Below, piece after piece: positions 1 to 10,202 of a stretch of 64,000 nt of DNA. A program made the position numbers and the translations under genes. The notes below the pieces were generated by a model. It was given only the letters and a program-made list of their open reading frames with translations. It was not told the origin of the DNA and did not search any database. The stretch comes from an uncultured bacterium (GTDB lineage Bacteria; Edwardsbacteria; AC1; EtOH8): positions 32,001-96,000 of the forward strand of contig CAWAAX010000027.1 of the NCBI GenBank assembly GCA_963780225.1, read 5' to 3'. How positions within the stretch are numbered: position 1 is the stretch's first letter; each line of letters opens with the position of its first letter.

Positions 1-2400
1 AAATTTGGTGCCTTTGTGCCTTGGTGGCTTAATTGCCGCTTTCTTCTGGCGCCGGTCCTCAAAGGCCAGCTTCATCACCTGATCCACCGTCTCGGCGTAA
101 TGGAACTGGAGTTTCTTCTTGACGTAATCCGGGACCTCCTCCAGGTCCTTCTGGTTCTGCTTGGGGATGATCACTTCCTTGATGCCGGCCCGCTGGGCGG
201 CGATCACTTTTTCCTTGATCCCACCCACCGGCATTACCTTGCCCCGCAGGGTGATCTCTCCGGTCATGGCCAGGTAGTGTTTTACCGGGCGGTTGGATAA
301 CAGCGAGACCAGCGAAGCGGCCAGGGTCACCCCGGCCGAGGGCCCGTCCTTGGGAATGGCCCCTGACGGGATGTGGACGTGGATGTCGTAGCGGTCGAAA
401 AATTTGGGGTCCACCTGGTATTTGGCGGCGTTGGAGCGGACGTAGGACAGGGCGGCCATGGCCGATTCCTTCATCACCTCGCCCAGGCTGCCGGTCAGCT
501 GCATTCCCTTCTTGCCCGGCATCTTGGTGGATTCGATGAACAGGATCTCCCCGCCCACCGAGGTCCAGGCCAGGCCGGTGGCCACCCCCACCTCGCCGGC
601 CCGCTCGGCCAGCTCGGGGAAGATCTTTTGGGGGCCCAGCAGGTCCGGCAGCACCGCCGGGGTTATCACCCGCTTCTTGTCCTTGCCCGAAGCCACGTCC
701 TTGGCTATCTTGCGGCAGACCGAGGCGATCTCCCGTTCCAGGTTGCGGACCCCGGACTCGCGGGTGTATTCGGAGATGATCTTCCTGATGGTGGTTTCCG
801 GGATCTCTATCTGCTCCGGCTTCAGCCCGTTCTCCTTGATCTGCCGGGGCACCAGGTAATTGACGGCGATCTGCAGTTTTTCCTCCTCTATGTAGCCGGA
901 AAGCTCCAGCACCTCCATCCGGTCCTTTAAGGCCGAGGGAATGGGATCGGTGATGTTGGCGGTGGTGATGAACATCACCTTGGACAGGTCGAACGGCACG
1001 TCCAGATAATGGTCGGCAAAGGAGAAGTTCTGTTCCGGGTCCAGCACCTCCAGCAGGGCCGCGGCCGGGTCGCCCCTAAAGTCCTGGCCGATCTTGTCCA
1101 CCTCGTCCAGCATGAAAACCGGGTTGTTGGAGCCGCATGCTTTTAGCCCCTGGATCACCCGGCCCGGCATGGAGCCGATGTAGGTGCGGCGGAAGCCCCG
1201 GATCTCGGCCTCGTCCCGCACCCCGCCCAGCGACATCCGGTAGAATTTCCGGCCCAAAGCCCGGGCGATGGAACGGCCCAGGCTTGTCTTGCCCACGCCA
1301 GGCGGCCCCACAAAGCAGAGGATGGGCCCCTTGGCGTCGTTCTTAAGCTTGCGCACCGCCAGGTACTCCACGATCCGGTCCTTGACCTTAACCAGGTCGT
1401 AGTGGTCCTGGTCCAGTATCTTGCGGGCTTCGATGATGTCCATGTTGTCCACGGTGGATTTGGTCCAGGGCAGGTTCAGCATCCAGTCGATGTAGGTGCG
1501 GGAAACGGTGTACTCCGCGGCGTGGGGAGGCATCCGGGCCATGCGGTCCAGTTCCTCCTTGGCGGCCTTAAGGGCCTCGGGGCTGAAGTTGGCCTTTTCT
1601 ATCTTATCCCGCAGGGTGCTGATCTCCACCGAGTATTCGTCGCCCTCCCCCAGCTCCCGCTGGATGGCCTTGATCTGCTCCCGCAGAAAATAGTTGCGCT
1701 GGTCCTTGTCCATCTCGGCCTTGACCTGGCCCCGGATCTTGTCGCCCAGCTCCAGGATGGACAGCTCCTTGGTCAGCATCGGGATCAGCTTTTCCAGGCG
1801 CTCCTTGGGCTCCACCGTCTCCAGGATGGTCTGGCGCTCGGCCACGCTCAGGTTAAGGTTGGAGGCCACCAGGTCGGCCAGCTTGGAGGGGTCCTCCACG
1901 TTCAGGGCCACGGTCTGCAGTTCGTCCGGCAGGTAGGGCGCCAGGTTGATGATCTTCTGGAACAGGCTGGAGACATTGCGCATCAGGGCCTCGGACTCGA
2001 TGGTCTTCCGGGACTTTTCCTTGATGACCTCGACCTTGGCCTTGAAATACGGCTCGGTCTGGGTGAACTTGGCCAGCCGGATCCGGTTAAGCCCCTGGAC
2101 CAGCAGGCGGATGCTACCGTCGGGGAAGCGCAGCATCTTGATGATCAGGGCCGCGGTGCCGAACTGGTAGATCTCGTCCGGCTTGGGATCGTCGGTATCC
2201 TGGCGCACCTGGGTGCACAGCCCCACGATCTTGGAACCGGTCAGCACTTCGTCGGTCAGCTTGATCATCCGTTCGTTGGTGATCACCAGGGGAATGATCA
2301 GATAGGGATACACCACCTGTCCCTTGACCGGCAGGATGGCCAGCTCGGACGGGATCTTGATGTCCTTGTTTTCCTTGGTATCTTTGGTTTCTTCGGGCAT
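1..2400 (-). CDS. lon: ATP-dependent Lon protease (3' end runs off the window)
   Basis: Absent from the ORF track because no stop codon lies in the window. Manual translation from ATG at 2400 gives Walker [28 protein letters not shown] and PKDGPSAG (catalytic Ser). Frame spot-checked at 1200 and at the left edge. Confidence 0.97.
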   Translation of the reverse strand, partial: MPEETKDTKENKDIKIPSELAILPVKGQVVYPYLIIPLVITNERMIKLTDEVLTGSKIVGLCTQVRQDTDDPKPDEIYQFGTAALIIKMLRFPDGSIRLLVQGLNRIRLAKFTQTEPYFKAKVEVIKEKSRKTIESEALMRNVSSLFQKIINLAPYLPDELQTVALNVEDPSKLADLVASNLNLSVAERQTILETVEPKERLEKLIPMLTKELSILELGDKIRGQVKAEMDKDQRNYFLREQIKAIQRELGEGDEYSVEISTLRDKIEKANFSPEALKAAKEELDRMARMPPHAAEYTVSRTYIDWMLNLPWTKSTVDNMDIIEARKILDQDHYDLVKVKDRIVEYLAVRKLKNDAKGPILCFVGPPGVGKTSLGRSIARALGRKFYRMSLGGVRDEAEIRGFRRTYIGSMPGRVIQGLKACGSNNPVFMLDEVDKIGQDFRGDPAAALLEVLDPEQNFSFADHYLDVPFDLSKVMFITTANITDPIPSALKDRMEVLELSGYIEEEKLQIAVNYLVPRQIKENGLKPEQIEIPETTIRKIISEYTRESGVRNLEREIASVCRKIAKDVASGKDKKRVITPAVLPDLLGPQKIFPELAERAGEVGVATGLAWTSVGGEILFIESTKMPGKKGMQLTGSLGEVMKESAMAALSYVRSNAAKYQVDPKFFDRYDIHVHIPSGAIPKDGPSAGVTLAASLVSLLSNRPVKHYLAMTGEITLRGKVMPVGGIKEKVIAAQRAGIKEVIIPKQNQKDLEEVPDYVKKKLQFHYAETVDQVMKLAFEDRRQKKAAIKPPRHKGTKF

Positions 2401-2454
2401 GATATGTAATGCGTTCCTTAAAGTTTGTTGCTGAGATTAGAATATCTTAAATTT

Positions 2455-2576
2455 ACCACAAAAAGCACAAAACTCACAAAAATATTTTCTTTTAAGGATA
2501 ACCCTAAAAGATATAAACGGAATTACAATTAGAATATTTTGTCCTGATATTTTGTGTCATCTGTGCCTTTTGTGGT
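2455..2576. repeat. 9-nt periodic inverted-repeat element (CACAAA type)
   Basis: Left arm accacaaaaagcacaaaactcacaaaa and right arm ttttgtgtcatctgtgccttttgtggt around an AT-rich spacer. Confidence 0.75.
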
Positions 2577-2592
2577 TAAATAGCCTCAGTAG

Positions 2593-3027
2593 TTACTCCA
2601 CCGGGACCTCCACCGTCCGCTTGATGTCCTTGGGCAGCCTGATGTCCAGGATCCCGTTGCTGAAGCTGGATTTGATCTGGTCGGAGGCGATCCCCTGGGG
2701 CAGGGACACCATCTTCTCAAACTGGCCCTGGATGATCTCCATCTTGTGATACCATCGTTTCCCGTCCCCGTGGGCCAGTTCCCGCCGCAAGCCCCGGATG
2801 CAGAGGTTGTCGTTGATCAGGGTGATGGCGATGTCGCCTTTGGCCACCCCGGCCAGCTCCAGCTTGATCACGAATTCCTGCTCGGTCTCGTAAACGTCGG
2901 CATAGGGCTGCCAGGCCGCCTGGTCATTCAGGTGGTACGAGGGATGGGCCAGCTGGCCCAGGTCCTGAAAGAGCCGCCCCAGGTCCTGGCGGATGACCTT
3001 GACAAATTTTACATCGTCTTCGGACAT
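2593..3027 (-). CDS. Hsp20/alpha-crystallin small heat shock protein
   Basis: WQPYADVYET...ELAGV...GQFEKMVSLP...NGILDIRLPK alpha-crystallin pattern; upstream of lon. Confidence 0.93.
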   Translation of the reverse strand: MSEDDVKFVKVIRQDLGRLFQDLGQLAHPSYHLNDQAAWQPYADVYETEQEFVIKLELAGVAKGDIAITLINDNLCIRGLRRELAHGDGKRWYHKMEIIQGQFEKMVSLPQGIASDQIKSSFSNGILDIRLPKDIKRTVEVPVE

Positions 3028-3219
3028 TTTGTTGCTCCTTATTACCGCTTGGCGGTTTGGCTGATGACTATGCCATTACCCTGGGCAATAAATGGAATAT
3101 GGGGTCTATGGATTATTATAATCAATTTTTTAGGTAAACGCAATAAGAATTGAAATGGGGTAAGCCTCATTTCCCGCAGGATCATGCGCCCGGAGACAAA
3201 ACCCCAAACACATTTTTCC

Positions 3220-4080
3220 TCAATCTTCGTCCTCCGCCCTGGGATGCGCCTGCTTGTAAACCTTCTTCAGCCTGTCCACCGTCACGTGGGTGTATATCTG
3301 GGTGGTGGAAAGGCTGGCGTGGCCCAGCAGTTCCTTGACCGCCTTCAGGTCGGCCCCCCGGTCCAGCAGATGTGTGGCAAACGAATGGCGCAGGGCGTGG
3401 GGGCTGGCCTTGCCGCCGTAGTCGGAAAGGCGGATCCGGGCCTTTACTATCCTCTGCAGCTGCCGTCTGGTCAGCTGTTTCCCGTTCTTGCCCAGGAACA
3501 CAAATCCTTCATCCTCCCTCCCTTCCAGCAACTGTTTGAGGACCGCCGCCGAAGCCCTGGTCAATGGCACTATCCGCTCCTTGCCCCCCTTGCCTTTTAC
3601 CTTGACCTGCAGGCTTGACAGGTCAAGGTCCCTGGACTTCAAACCCAGCAGTTCCGAGGACCGCAGGCCGCTGCCGTACAGTAGTTCCATGATGGCGTCA
3701 TCGCGGATCTTATCGGCGGGATCGCCCTGGTTGGATTCCACAGCCTGAATGACCTGGGGCTGGGAAAGGAAGCCCGGCAGTTTCTTATCCTGCTTGGGCG
3801 AGCGCAGGCCCAGCGTCGGGTTCGTCTCCACGGCCGATTCCCTGAGGGCATATTTGAAATAAGACTTGACGGCCGACAATTTGCGTCCCAGCGAGCGCTT
3901 GTCCATCCCCTGCTGCTGCAGCCAGCCCAGGTAACGCCGGATGTCGTTGCGTCCCACCTTGCCCGGTTCCTGGTGCTTAAGGAACAGGAACAACTGGGTC
4001 ACATCCCGGCGGTAGGCCTCCAGGGTGTTGTCCGCCAGGTTGCGCTCGGTCTTAAGGTATTTTATGAAACTGTCGATCAT
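3220..4080 (-). CDS. xerC: Tyrosine recombinase XerC/XerD family
   Basis: LYGSGLRSSE, KGKGGKERIVP, HALRHSFATHLL, LLGHASLSTTQIYTH and HPRA motifs. Confidence 0.9.
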   Translation of the reverse strand: MIDSFIKYLKTERNLADNTLEAYRRDVTQLFLFLKHQEPGKVGRNDIRRYLGWLQQQGMDKRSLGRKLSAVKSYFKYALRESAVETNPTLGLRSPKQDKKLPGFLSQPQVIQAVESNQGDPADKIRDDAIMELLYGSGLRSSELLGLKSRDLDLSSLQVKVKGKGGKERIVPLTRASAAVLKQLLEGREDEGFVFLGKNGKQLTRRQLQRIVKARIRLSDYGGKASPHALRHSFATHLLDRGADLKAVKELLGHASLSTTQIYTHVTVDRLKKVYKQAHPRAEDED

Positions 4081-4090
4081 CGTTTATTGC

Positions 4091-4119
4091 TTGACTTTTG
4101 GGCCGTGGTCACTTATCAT
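4091..4119 (+). promoter_or_regulatory. Putative sigma70 promoter of rlmN
   Basis: TTGACT-N17-TATCAT. Confidence 0.55.
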
Positions 4120-4154
4120 TTGGAACATAGCACTAAAGAAGCTATACCAATTGG

Positions 4155-4234
4155 CCACAGAAAGCACATAAAACACAAACTATTTATTTTATTTTTAGTT
4201 TCTTCTTTTTTTGTGCCCTTTGTGCTTTTTGTGG
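4155..4234. repeat. 9-nt periodic inverted-repeat element (CACAAA type)
   Basis: ccacagaaagcacataaaacacaaa ... tttgtgccctttgtgctttttgtgg; same family as 2455-2576. Confidence 0.75.
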
Positions 4235-4272
4235 TTAAATAGCCAAAGGTAACCTGCAACTTATTTACTTTC

Positions 4273-5311
4273 ATGAAAACAAAGACATCTTTGGCCGGGC
4301 GTTCGACCCAGGAACTGCAGGAACTGCTGGCCCCGCTGGGTTTCAAAGCCTTTCAGGTGAAGCAGCTGATGGCCTGGATATACCAGAAGAACGCTTCCGG
4401 TTTTTCGGCCATGACGGATCTGTCCCAAGCCTTTCGGGAAAAGCTGGACAAGGAGTTCTGCCTGCACGAACTGTCCATTGCCAAAAAAATATCCTCCCGG
4501 GACGGCACCACCAAACTGCTGCTGCAGGCCCAGGACGGCCAGCAGGTGGAATCCGTGGTCATCACCGCCCCCGGCCGTCTGACCGCCTGCATCTCCTCCC
4601 AGGCTGGCTGCCGGCTGGCCTGCGCCTTCTGCGCCACCGGCAAGATGGGTTTGGTCCGTAACCTGGACTGCCTCCGAGATAGTGGACCAGCTGTGCCTGC
4701 TGCAGGATCTGTCGCCGGAGCACAGGATCACCAACGTCGTCTTCATGGGAATGGGCGAGCCAATGGAGAACTACGACCAGGCGCTTAAGGCCGCCCGGAT
4801 CATCAACTCCCATCAGGGGTTCAACCTGGGGGCCCGGCATATCACCATCTCCACCTCCGGGCTGGTGCCGGGGATACTGAGGCTGATGGAGGAGCCGGAG
4901 CAGTTCAAGCTGGCCATTTCTCTGAACGCCGCCGACGACAAGGTTCGCAGCCGCCTGATGCCCATCAACAAAAAGTATCCCCTAAAGGCGATGCTGGAGG
5001 CGGTAAAAAAGTACAGCAACAAAAAGGGCAAGCTGGTCTTCTTTGAATACATCCTGCTGGAGGGAATAAACGACAGCCTGGAGGATGCGGAGAACCTGTC
5101 GCGGCTGTTAAAGAACATCCCCGGCAAGGTCAACCTGATCACCTACAACCCGGGGGGCCGGGAAGAGACCCTGCAGCCGTCGTCGGTGGAAGCCCGGCGG
5201 GCTTTTTACGACAAGCTCTGCCAGCTGGGAGTGGCGGTGACCTTCCGGGCCAGCAAGGGTCAGGACATCAAGGCGGCCTGCGGCCAGTTGAAGGCGGCGA
5301 TGAATCCCTGA
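4273..5311 (+). pseudogene. rlmN: Radical SAM rRNA/tRNA methyltransferase RlmN, split by a +1 frameshift (or assembly error)
   Basis: [18 protein letters not shown] is in ORF 4273-4788; VVFMGMGEP...DIKAACGQL is in ORF 4682-5311. Removing one G at 4665-4666 restores [12 protein letters not shown]. Confidence 0.9.
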
Positions 5312-5342
5312 AATAATAACCCAGACCTGAAGGACTGGGCTA

Positions 5343-7136
5343 TTATTTGCCAGCTATAGTCAAAAGATATTCCTTAATGCCCAGAAACACAGACCTGGCT
5401 ATCTTCTCCTGAAACTCGGCGGTCAACAGCAGGGCCTCTTCCTTTGGCACTATGATGAAGGCCGGCTCCACCAGGAATGACGGCATCTGGGTGGCCCGGC
5501 ACAGCACCAGGTTGCCGTAGTAGAACCCGTGATCGGGCACCTGCAATGTCTTCTGGAATTGGCGGTGGACAGCAAAGGCCAGGTCCCGGCTGAACGGCTG
5601 GTAATAGTAAGTGGAAAAGCCGCTGTCCTCCAGGGGATTCACCCCGTCGGGCGAGGCGTTGTTGTGGATGCTGACCAGAATGTCCGCCCCCCAGGCCGCG
5701 GCCCGGGCCGGCCGCTGATAGATGCCCACCTGCTGGTCTCCTTCCCGGGGATAATAAACTTTGGCCCCGGCGTTCTTCAAAAGATTTCCCAGCCTCCTGG
5801 ATATCTGCCAGTTGACCTCCTTCTCCAGTGTCCGCAACGGCCCCACCGCGCCGCTCTCCGGCGAATGCCCGGCATCCACTGCTATTTTGATTCCGGCCAG
5901 AGGCCGGTTTTTTTGTACCCTGGGCCGCGGCTTTATCTCTATCTCCAGGTTATTCTGCTGATAACGGGCGTCAAATCCCCACAAGGGCTGGCTTAAGAAG
6001 ATCTCCAGTTCCACCTCGCCGTTCTGCACCTGCCGCCAGCGGATGTCCTTGACCAGCTTGTCCAGGGGATCGTAGCGCACCCAGTCCATGTCGGCCTGGG
6101 CCCCGAAGACCAGAAGTTTTAGCGACATCCCGTCGGCCGAGGCTTTGGCGCTGTAGGCGCAGGCCCGGGAAAGCGAGAACCTGACCAGGGCCTTCTCCTC
6201 GTTTTTGAAAGTGCGCCCCACCGCCAGTTTGGCGCGAACCATCGGTCCCGGCCACGGCTTTATAACGACCGATTCCTTTTTGACCCATGCCTCCTTGCTA
6301 CCGGTCAACTTGACCCGGTAATTTTCCCCGGCGCTGCCGGTCAGCTCCAGGTTCACCCCCGGGGGCAGAAATATCTCGTATCCCAGATCGGGACCGGTCT
6401 TCAGCACCGTCACCGAATCCTTGGTGACCGCCCAGACCATCAGGCTTTCCGGCCAGGTGCTGACCCTGGATTCGGAAGAATCCACCACCATCATCCCCAA
6501 AGTGTCCACCAGGTACAGATATATTTTTTCGGAGTACCATTGGTCGCGGCCGGATACCAGATAGCTTCCCATATAGGTTCCGGGCAGGGTCAAAGTATCG
6601 GGAGCGATGGAATCGGAAAAGGCCAGCGCCTTTTCATCCTGCTCCATCCTGCCGATCCTTTCCTCCATGGGAATGCCCTGCCCCCGGCCGATGGAGAAGC
6701 TGGCCTTGCGGTCCGGCGTACCCCTGAAAGTTACCGCCATGCGGTCTCCGGCCCTGACCCCCAGCTCCTGTCCGGGAGTGATGGTGCCGTGCACTATGGC
6801 CAGACTGTCGGGGCTGATCATTATGCTGCGGGGAGCCACCTTGACATTGCGGATCAGGCTGTCGCTCTGGCCGTTCTTATGGGCCAGCAGTTTGATCTGG
6901 AATTGTCCGGCAGAGAAAGGGATGTAAGCCAAGAAAGCCCCGTCTTCGTGGACATCCGTTTTCTGCCCGTTCACCCACAACTGGCTGCCCGGAGTGACCG
7001 AACCGATGATGAAGGAATTGGCCACCGGACCGATGTTGTCGCCTTCCCGGGGATAGACCAGGTCTATCCGGGGCTGGGCCGCCAGGGAGGCGGCCAGGGC
7101 GCAGAAGATGTATAGCAGCAATAAGTTTCTTTTCAT
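5343..7136 (-). CDS. N-acetylmuramoyl-L-alanine amidase (Amidase_3), secreted
   Basis: Signal peptide; C-terminal VDAGH...EKEVN...SIHNNA...FLVEPAF zinc amidase motifs. Confidence 0.9.
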   Translation of the reverse strand: MKRNLLLLYIFCALAASLAAQPRIDLVYPREGDNIGPVANSFIIGSVTPGSQLWVNGQKTDVHEDGAFLAYIPFSAGQFQIKLLAHKNGQSDSLIRNVKVAPRSIMISPDSLAIVHGTITPGQELGVRAGDRMAVTFRGTPDRKASFSIGRGQGIPMEERIGRMEQDEKALAFSDSIAPDTLTLPGTYMGSYLVSGRDQWYSEKIYLYLVDTLGMMVVDSSESRVSTWPESLMVWAVTKDSVTVLKTGPDLGYEIFLPPGVNLELTGSAGENYRVKLTGSKEAWVKKESVVIKPWPGPMVRAKLAVGRTFKNEEKALVRFSLSRACAYSAKASADGMSLKLLVFGAQADMDWVRYDPLDKLVKDIRWRQVQNGEVELEIFLSQPLWGFDARYQQNNLEIEIKPRPRVQKNRPLAGIKIAVDAGHSPESGAVGPLRTLEKEVNWQISRRLGNLLKNAGAKVYYPREGDQQVGIYQRPARAAAWGADILVSIHNNASPDGVNPLEDSGFSTYYYQPFSRDLAFAVHRQFQKTLQVPDHGFYYGNLVLCRATQMPSFLVEPAFIIVPKEEALLLTAEFQEKIARSVFLGIKEYLLTIAGK

Positions 7137-7216
7137 AACCGGATTTTATTATTATTTTTCTCAGGCAGGCAACGTTCATCGTTGCGGACTACCAGCCGCC
7201 GCCGGATTTGAATTTT

Positions 7217-7859
7217 CACGCTGAAAGCGTGCAGGAATAAAGACGGTGGCTTCAGCCTCCGGCAATGGCAGTAACGCCTCTCAAGGCGCCCTGAAGGGCC
7301 GCAGGAAACCTAGTCCCAAATGTAACGTTCGTCATACTTGACCCCATGTTTCTTCAGTAGCAGCAAGAATTCCTCTTTAAAACTTTTTCCCCTGTGATGT
7401 TCCTCTTGGTTTTCGATATACCGTAAAACCGTTTCAACCATAGATTCACTTACAGTGAATGCGCCATAGCCCCGTTGCCACGCAAAATGACCCTTTATCC
7501 TGCCGCCTTCGTTCACCCATCTTGAGGAACTCCCTTTGATGCATTGCAAGGCATCAGAAACTGATAGTGTCGGCGGCAAAGACGCGAGAATATGGATGTG
7601 ATCCATCGTGCCACCAATTTTGAGCATTGCACCATTTTCCCCGCGAATGATACCCCCGATATACGGGTACAAGGTTTCGCGCAATGCCGGAGTAACGATA
7701 TTCTGACGTCCTTTGGTCGAAAACACAATGTGATAAACAAGATGCGTCAATGTGCTTCCCATAAACCCTCTTTTCCCTCCGCCCCTTCAGGGCGGGCATT
7801 CATCCCATTTATAGCCTGTGGCCAAAGCCACAGGCTATGTCCTATTGCCCCTTCAGGGC
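7217..7859. mobile_element. Solo Y1 transposase locus with inverted triple-hairpin flanks (REPtron/IS200-like)
   Basis: Hairpins at 7217-7231, 7242-7263 and 7288-7299 on one side of tnpA; 7779-7795, 7811-7838 and 7847-7859 on the other. Confidence 0.7.
7310..7762 (-). CDS. tnpA: IS200/IS605-superfamily Y1 (HUH) transposase, possibly REP-associated
   Basis: YHIVFSTK, HUH motif DHIH, WQRGYGAF, catalytic YIENQ; no tnpB adjacent. Confidence 0.92.
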   Translation of the reverse strand: MGSTLTHLVYHIVFSTKGRQNIVTPALRETLYPYIGGIIRGENGAMLKIGGTMDHIHILASLPPTLSVSDALQCIKGSSSRWVNEGGRIKGHFAWQRGYGAFTVSESMVETVLRYIENQEEHHRGKSFKEEFLLLLKKHGVKYDERYIWD

Positions 7860-7873
7860 TTTAACTTTGGTTC

Positions 7874-9094
7874 TCAAACATCAATAACCGCCGCGCTCTT
7901 TCCCGCCACCTGCCCCGAACTCCAGGCCCACTGCAGGTTATAACCTCCGGTATCACCGTCCACATCCAGGATCTCCCCGGCAAAGTAAAGCCCGGTGATT
8001 TTTTTTGATTCCAGCGTCCCGGGAATGACTTCGCGCAGGTCCACCCCGCCCACCGTTACCTGGGCTTCCTTGAAAGGCCTGACAGACTTTACCTTCATCG
8101 GCCAGGCGGTAAGGTTGGCAGATAGTTTTTTTATCTCGGCTTCCGAAAGACGGACGGTATCTTTTTCCGGATCTATCCTGGACTCCCTAACCAGCATCTG
8201 GCCGATCTTCTGGGGCAGCAGGCCGTTGAACAATTCCTGGGCCGGCCGGGGACTGATGCGCCTGGTCCGTTTTGACAGGAAGGATATCATCTCCGGGCCG
8301 GTCTGTCCCGGCACAAAGTTCAGGAAGCACTGCTTGCGGCCTTCCCCCAGCAGCCGGCTGCTCTTCAAGGCCAGCGGCCCGGAGAGGCCGTATTTGGTGA
8401 ACAAACCCTCGTCGGTCAGCTGTAGCACCTTCTTTGAACCTTCCCAAATGCTTAGGTCCATGTCCAGCCGGATGCCCTGAAGTTTGTGGAACCAATTACC
8501 CTCCAGTTCCAGTGAGGCCAGGGCCGACCTTAAGGGCGTGATGTTGTGCCCCAGCTGCCCGGCCAGCTGGTACCCACCCTCCCCGCCCCCCAGCTGGGGC
8601 GCGGCCGCCCCGCCACAGGTCAGGATCACGGCCTGGGCCGGGTGCGATTCCCCCCTCTGGTGTAGTAAAAAGCCGGTCTTGTTCTTTTTGATCCCCACTA
8701 TCTCTGAATGCAGTCTGACCTCCACACCCAAACGCTCCAATTCCCTTTCCAGCGCCAAAAGCACCGAGGGCGCCTCGTTGGATCTGGGGAAATAGCGGCC
8801 CCGGGCATCGCAGTAATATTCTATCCCCAGTTCATTGAAAAAATCCAGGGTCTGCTGCAGTTCAAACTGGGCAAGTACCATGTCGGCCACCGCCGGAACC
8901 TGGGCGTGGAAGTGTTTTGGCGCCAGGTCGCGGTTGGTGAAATTGCAGCGTCCGTTGCCGGTGGCTAAAAGTTTGCGGCCCAGGGAGTGGTCCTTCTCCC
9001 ATAGCCGCACTTTGGCCCCGCCCCGGGCGGCGGCAATAGCCGCCATCATCCCCGAGGCCCCGCCGCCTATTATCGATATTTCTTTTTTTGACAT
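7874..9094 (-). CDS. HI0933/YhiN-family flavoprotein
   Basis: IIGGGASG, GRKLLATGNGRCNFTN, AQVTVGGV, GEILDVDGDTGGYNLQWAWSSG. Confidence 0.93.
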   Translation of the reverse strand: MSKKEISIIGGGASGMMAAIAAARGGAKVRLWEKDHSLGRKLLATGNGRCNFTNRDLAPKHFHAQVPAVADMVLAQFELQQTLDFFNELGIEYYCDARGRYFPRSNEAPSVLLALERELERLGVEVRLHSEIVGIKKNKTGFLLHQRGESHPAQAVILTCGGAAAPQLGGGEGGYQLAGQLGHNITPLRSALASLELEGNWFHKLQGIRLDMDLSIWEGSKKVLQLTDEGLFTKYGLSGPLALKSSRLLGEGRKQCFLNFVPGQTGPEMISFLSKRTRRISPRPAQELFNGLLPQKIGQMLVRESRIDPEKDTVRLSEAEIKKLSANLTAWPMKVKSVRPFKEAQVTVGGVDLREVIPGTLESKKITGLYFAGEILDVDGDTGGYNLQWAWSSGQVAGKSAAVIDV

Positions 9095-9097
9095 TAC

Positions 9098-9226
9098 CTC
9101 TAAGCTCTAAGCTGTATGCTGTATGCTGTATGCTATATGCTATATGCTATACCCTATACCCTATACCCTAGACCCTAGACCCTAGACCCTAGACCCTATA
9201 CCCTGTCATCTGTTCCCTGTTCCCTG
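9098..9226. repeat. Drifting heptamer tandem repeat
   Basis: ctctaag x2, ctgtatg x3, ctatatg x2, ctatacc x3, ctagacc x4, ctatacc, continuing as ctgttcc into the hypB 3' end. Confidence 0.95.
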
Positions 9227-9862
9227 CGTTTTGAGCCATTCCAGCCATTTGTCCAAGCCGTCACCTGTCTTGCAGGAGAGTCTGAAGATCGGAACGTTCG
9301 GATTGAGCCTTCTGATGTCATGCTCGGCCTTTTCAATGTCAAAGTCCACCGCCTGCAGCAGGTCTGTCTTGTTGATGATCACCGCCTGGGCCTCCGAAAA
9401 GATCAGCGGATACTTGGCCGGCTTGTCGTGGCCTTCGGGGGTGGACAGCACCACCACTTTCAGTTCTTCGCCCAGGTCAAACTCGGCCGGACAGACCAGG
9501 TTCCCCACGTTCTCGATGAACAGATATTTCAGGCCGTCCAGGTCCAGGCTGCTTAAGACCGAGTCTATCATGTGGGCATCCAGATGGCACCCGCCCTCGG
9601 TGTTGATCTGAACCACCGGAACCCCCAGGGACTCTATCCTCCTGGCATCGTGGTCCCCGGTGATGTCGCCCTCGATCACCGCCAGCTTGTATTTTGGAAA
9701 CAGGCCCTTGATGGTCTGCTCCAGAAAAGTGGTCTTGCCGGCCCCGGGCGAGGCGATCAGGTTCAGCGCCAGGATCTTCCGGGACCTGAACCACTGCCGG
9801 TTCAAGGCGGCCTGGGACAGGTTCTCGTCCATGATGTTCTTTAAGATCTTTATCTCAGCCAT
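9206..9862 (-). CDS. hypB: Hydrogenase nickel incorporation GTPase HypB
   Basis: SPGAGKTT, GCHLDA, ENVGNLVCPAEFDLGE, DKPAKYP. Confidence 0.97.
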   Translation of the reverse strand: MAEIKILKNIMDENLSQAALNRQWFRSRKILALNLIASPGAGKTTFLEQTIKGLFPKYKLAVIEGDITGDHDARRIESLGVPVVQINTEGGCHLDAHMIDSVLSSLDLDGLKYLFIENVGNLVCPAEFDLGEELKVVVLSTPEGHDKPAKYPLIFSEAQAVIINKTDLLQAVDFDIEKAEHDIRRLNPNVPIFRLSCKTGDGLDKWLEWLKTQGTGNR

Positions 9863-10202
9863 TGTCCACTTCCATGCTGTCTATGTACATTTCCCGGCCC
9901 CCGGCTATTTGAACGTTAATTGAGCCGCAATGGGCGCAACCCAATCCCAGGTCCTGCTGTTCCGATTCCTTTTGGCACTCCCGGCAGAGAACTTTGACCG
10001 GCACCCACTCTATCTTCAGCCCGGCCCCCTGGGCGATGGTGCCGGAGGCCAGCAGGTTGAAATTCATCTCCACCGCCTCGGGCACATAGCCGGTCAGCCG
10101 GCCGATCTTAAGATTGATCCGGGATACTTTCACCGCCCCGGCTTTTTGGGCCTGCTCCAGCACTATCTTGAAAAGGCTCTGGGTGATGGCCAGTTCGTGC
10201 AT
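9855..10202 (-). CDS. hypA: Hydrogenase nickel metallochaperone HypA
   Basis: MHE start, two CxxC motifs, GREM. Confidence 0.96.
   Translation of the reverse strand: MHELAITQSLFKIVLEQAQKAGAVKVSRINLKIGRLTGYVPEAVEMNFNLLASGTIAQGAGLKIEWVPVKVLCRECQKESEQQDLGLGCAHCGSINVQIAGGREMYIDSMEVDNG

Noticed and set aside
3220..4080. Prophage or integron integrase
   Set aside because: It has a housekeeping Xer-type sequence and C-terminus (HPRA), with no att sites, cassettes or phage genes nearby.
9098..9226. CRISPR array
   Set aside because: 7-nt tandem units with no spacers, and no cas genes in the window.
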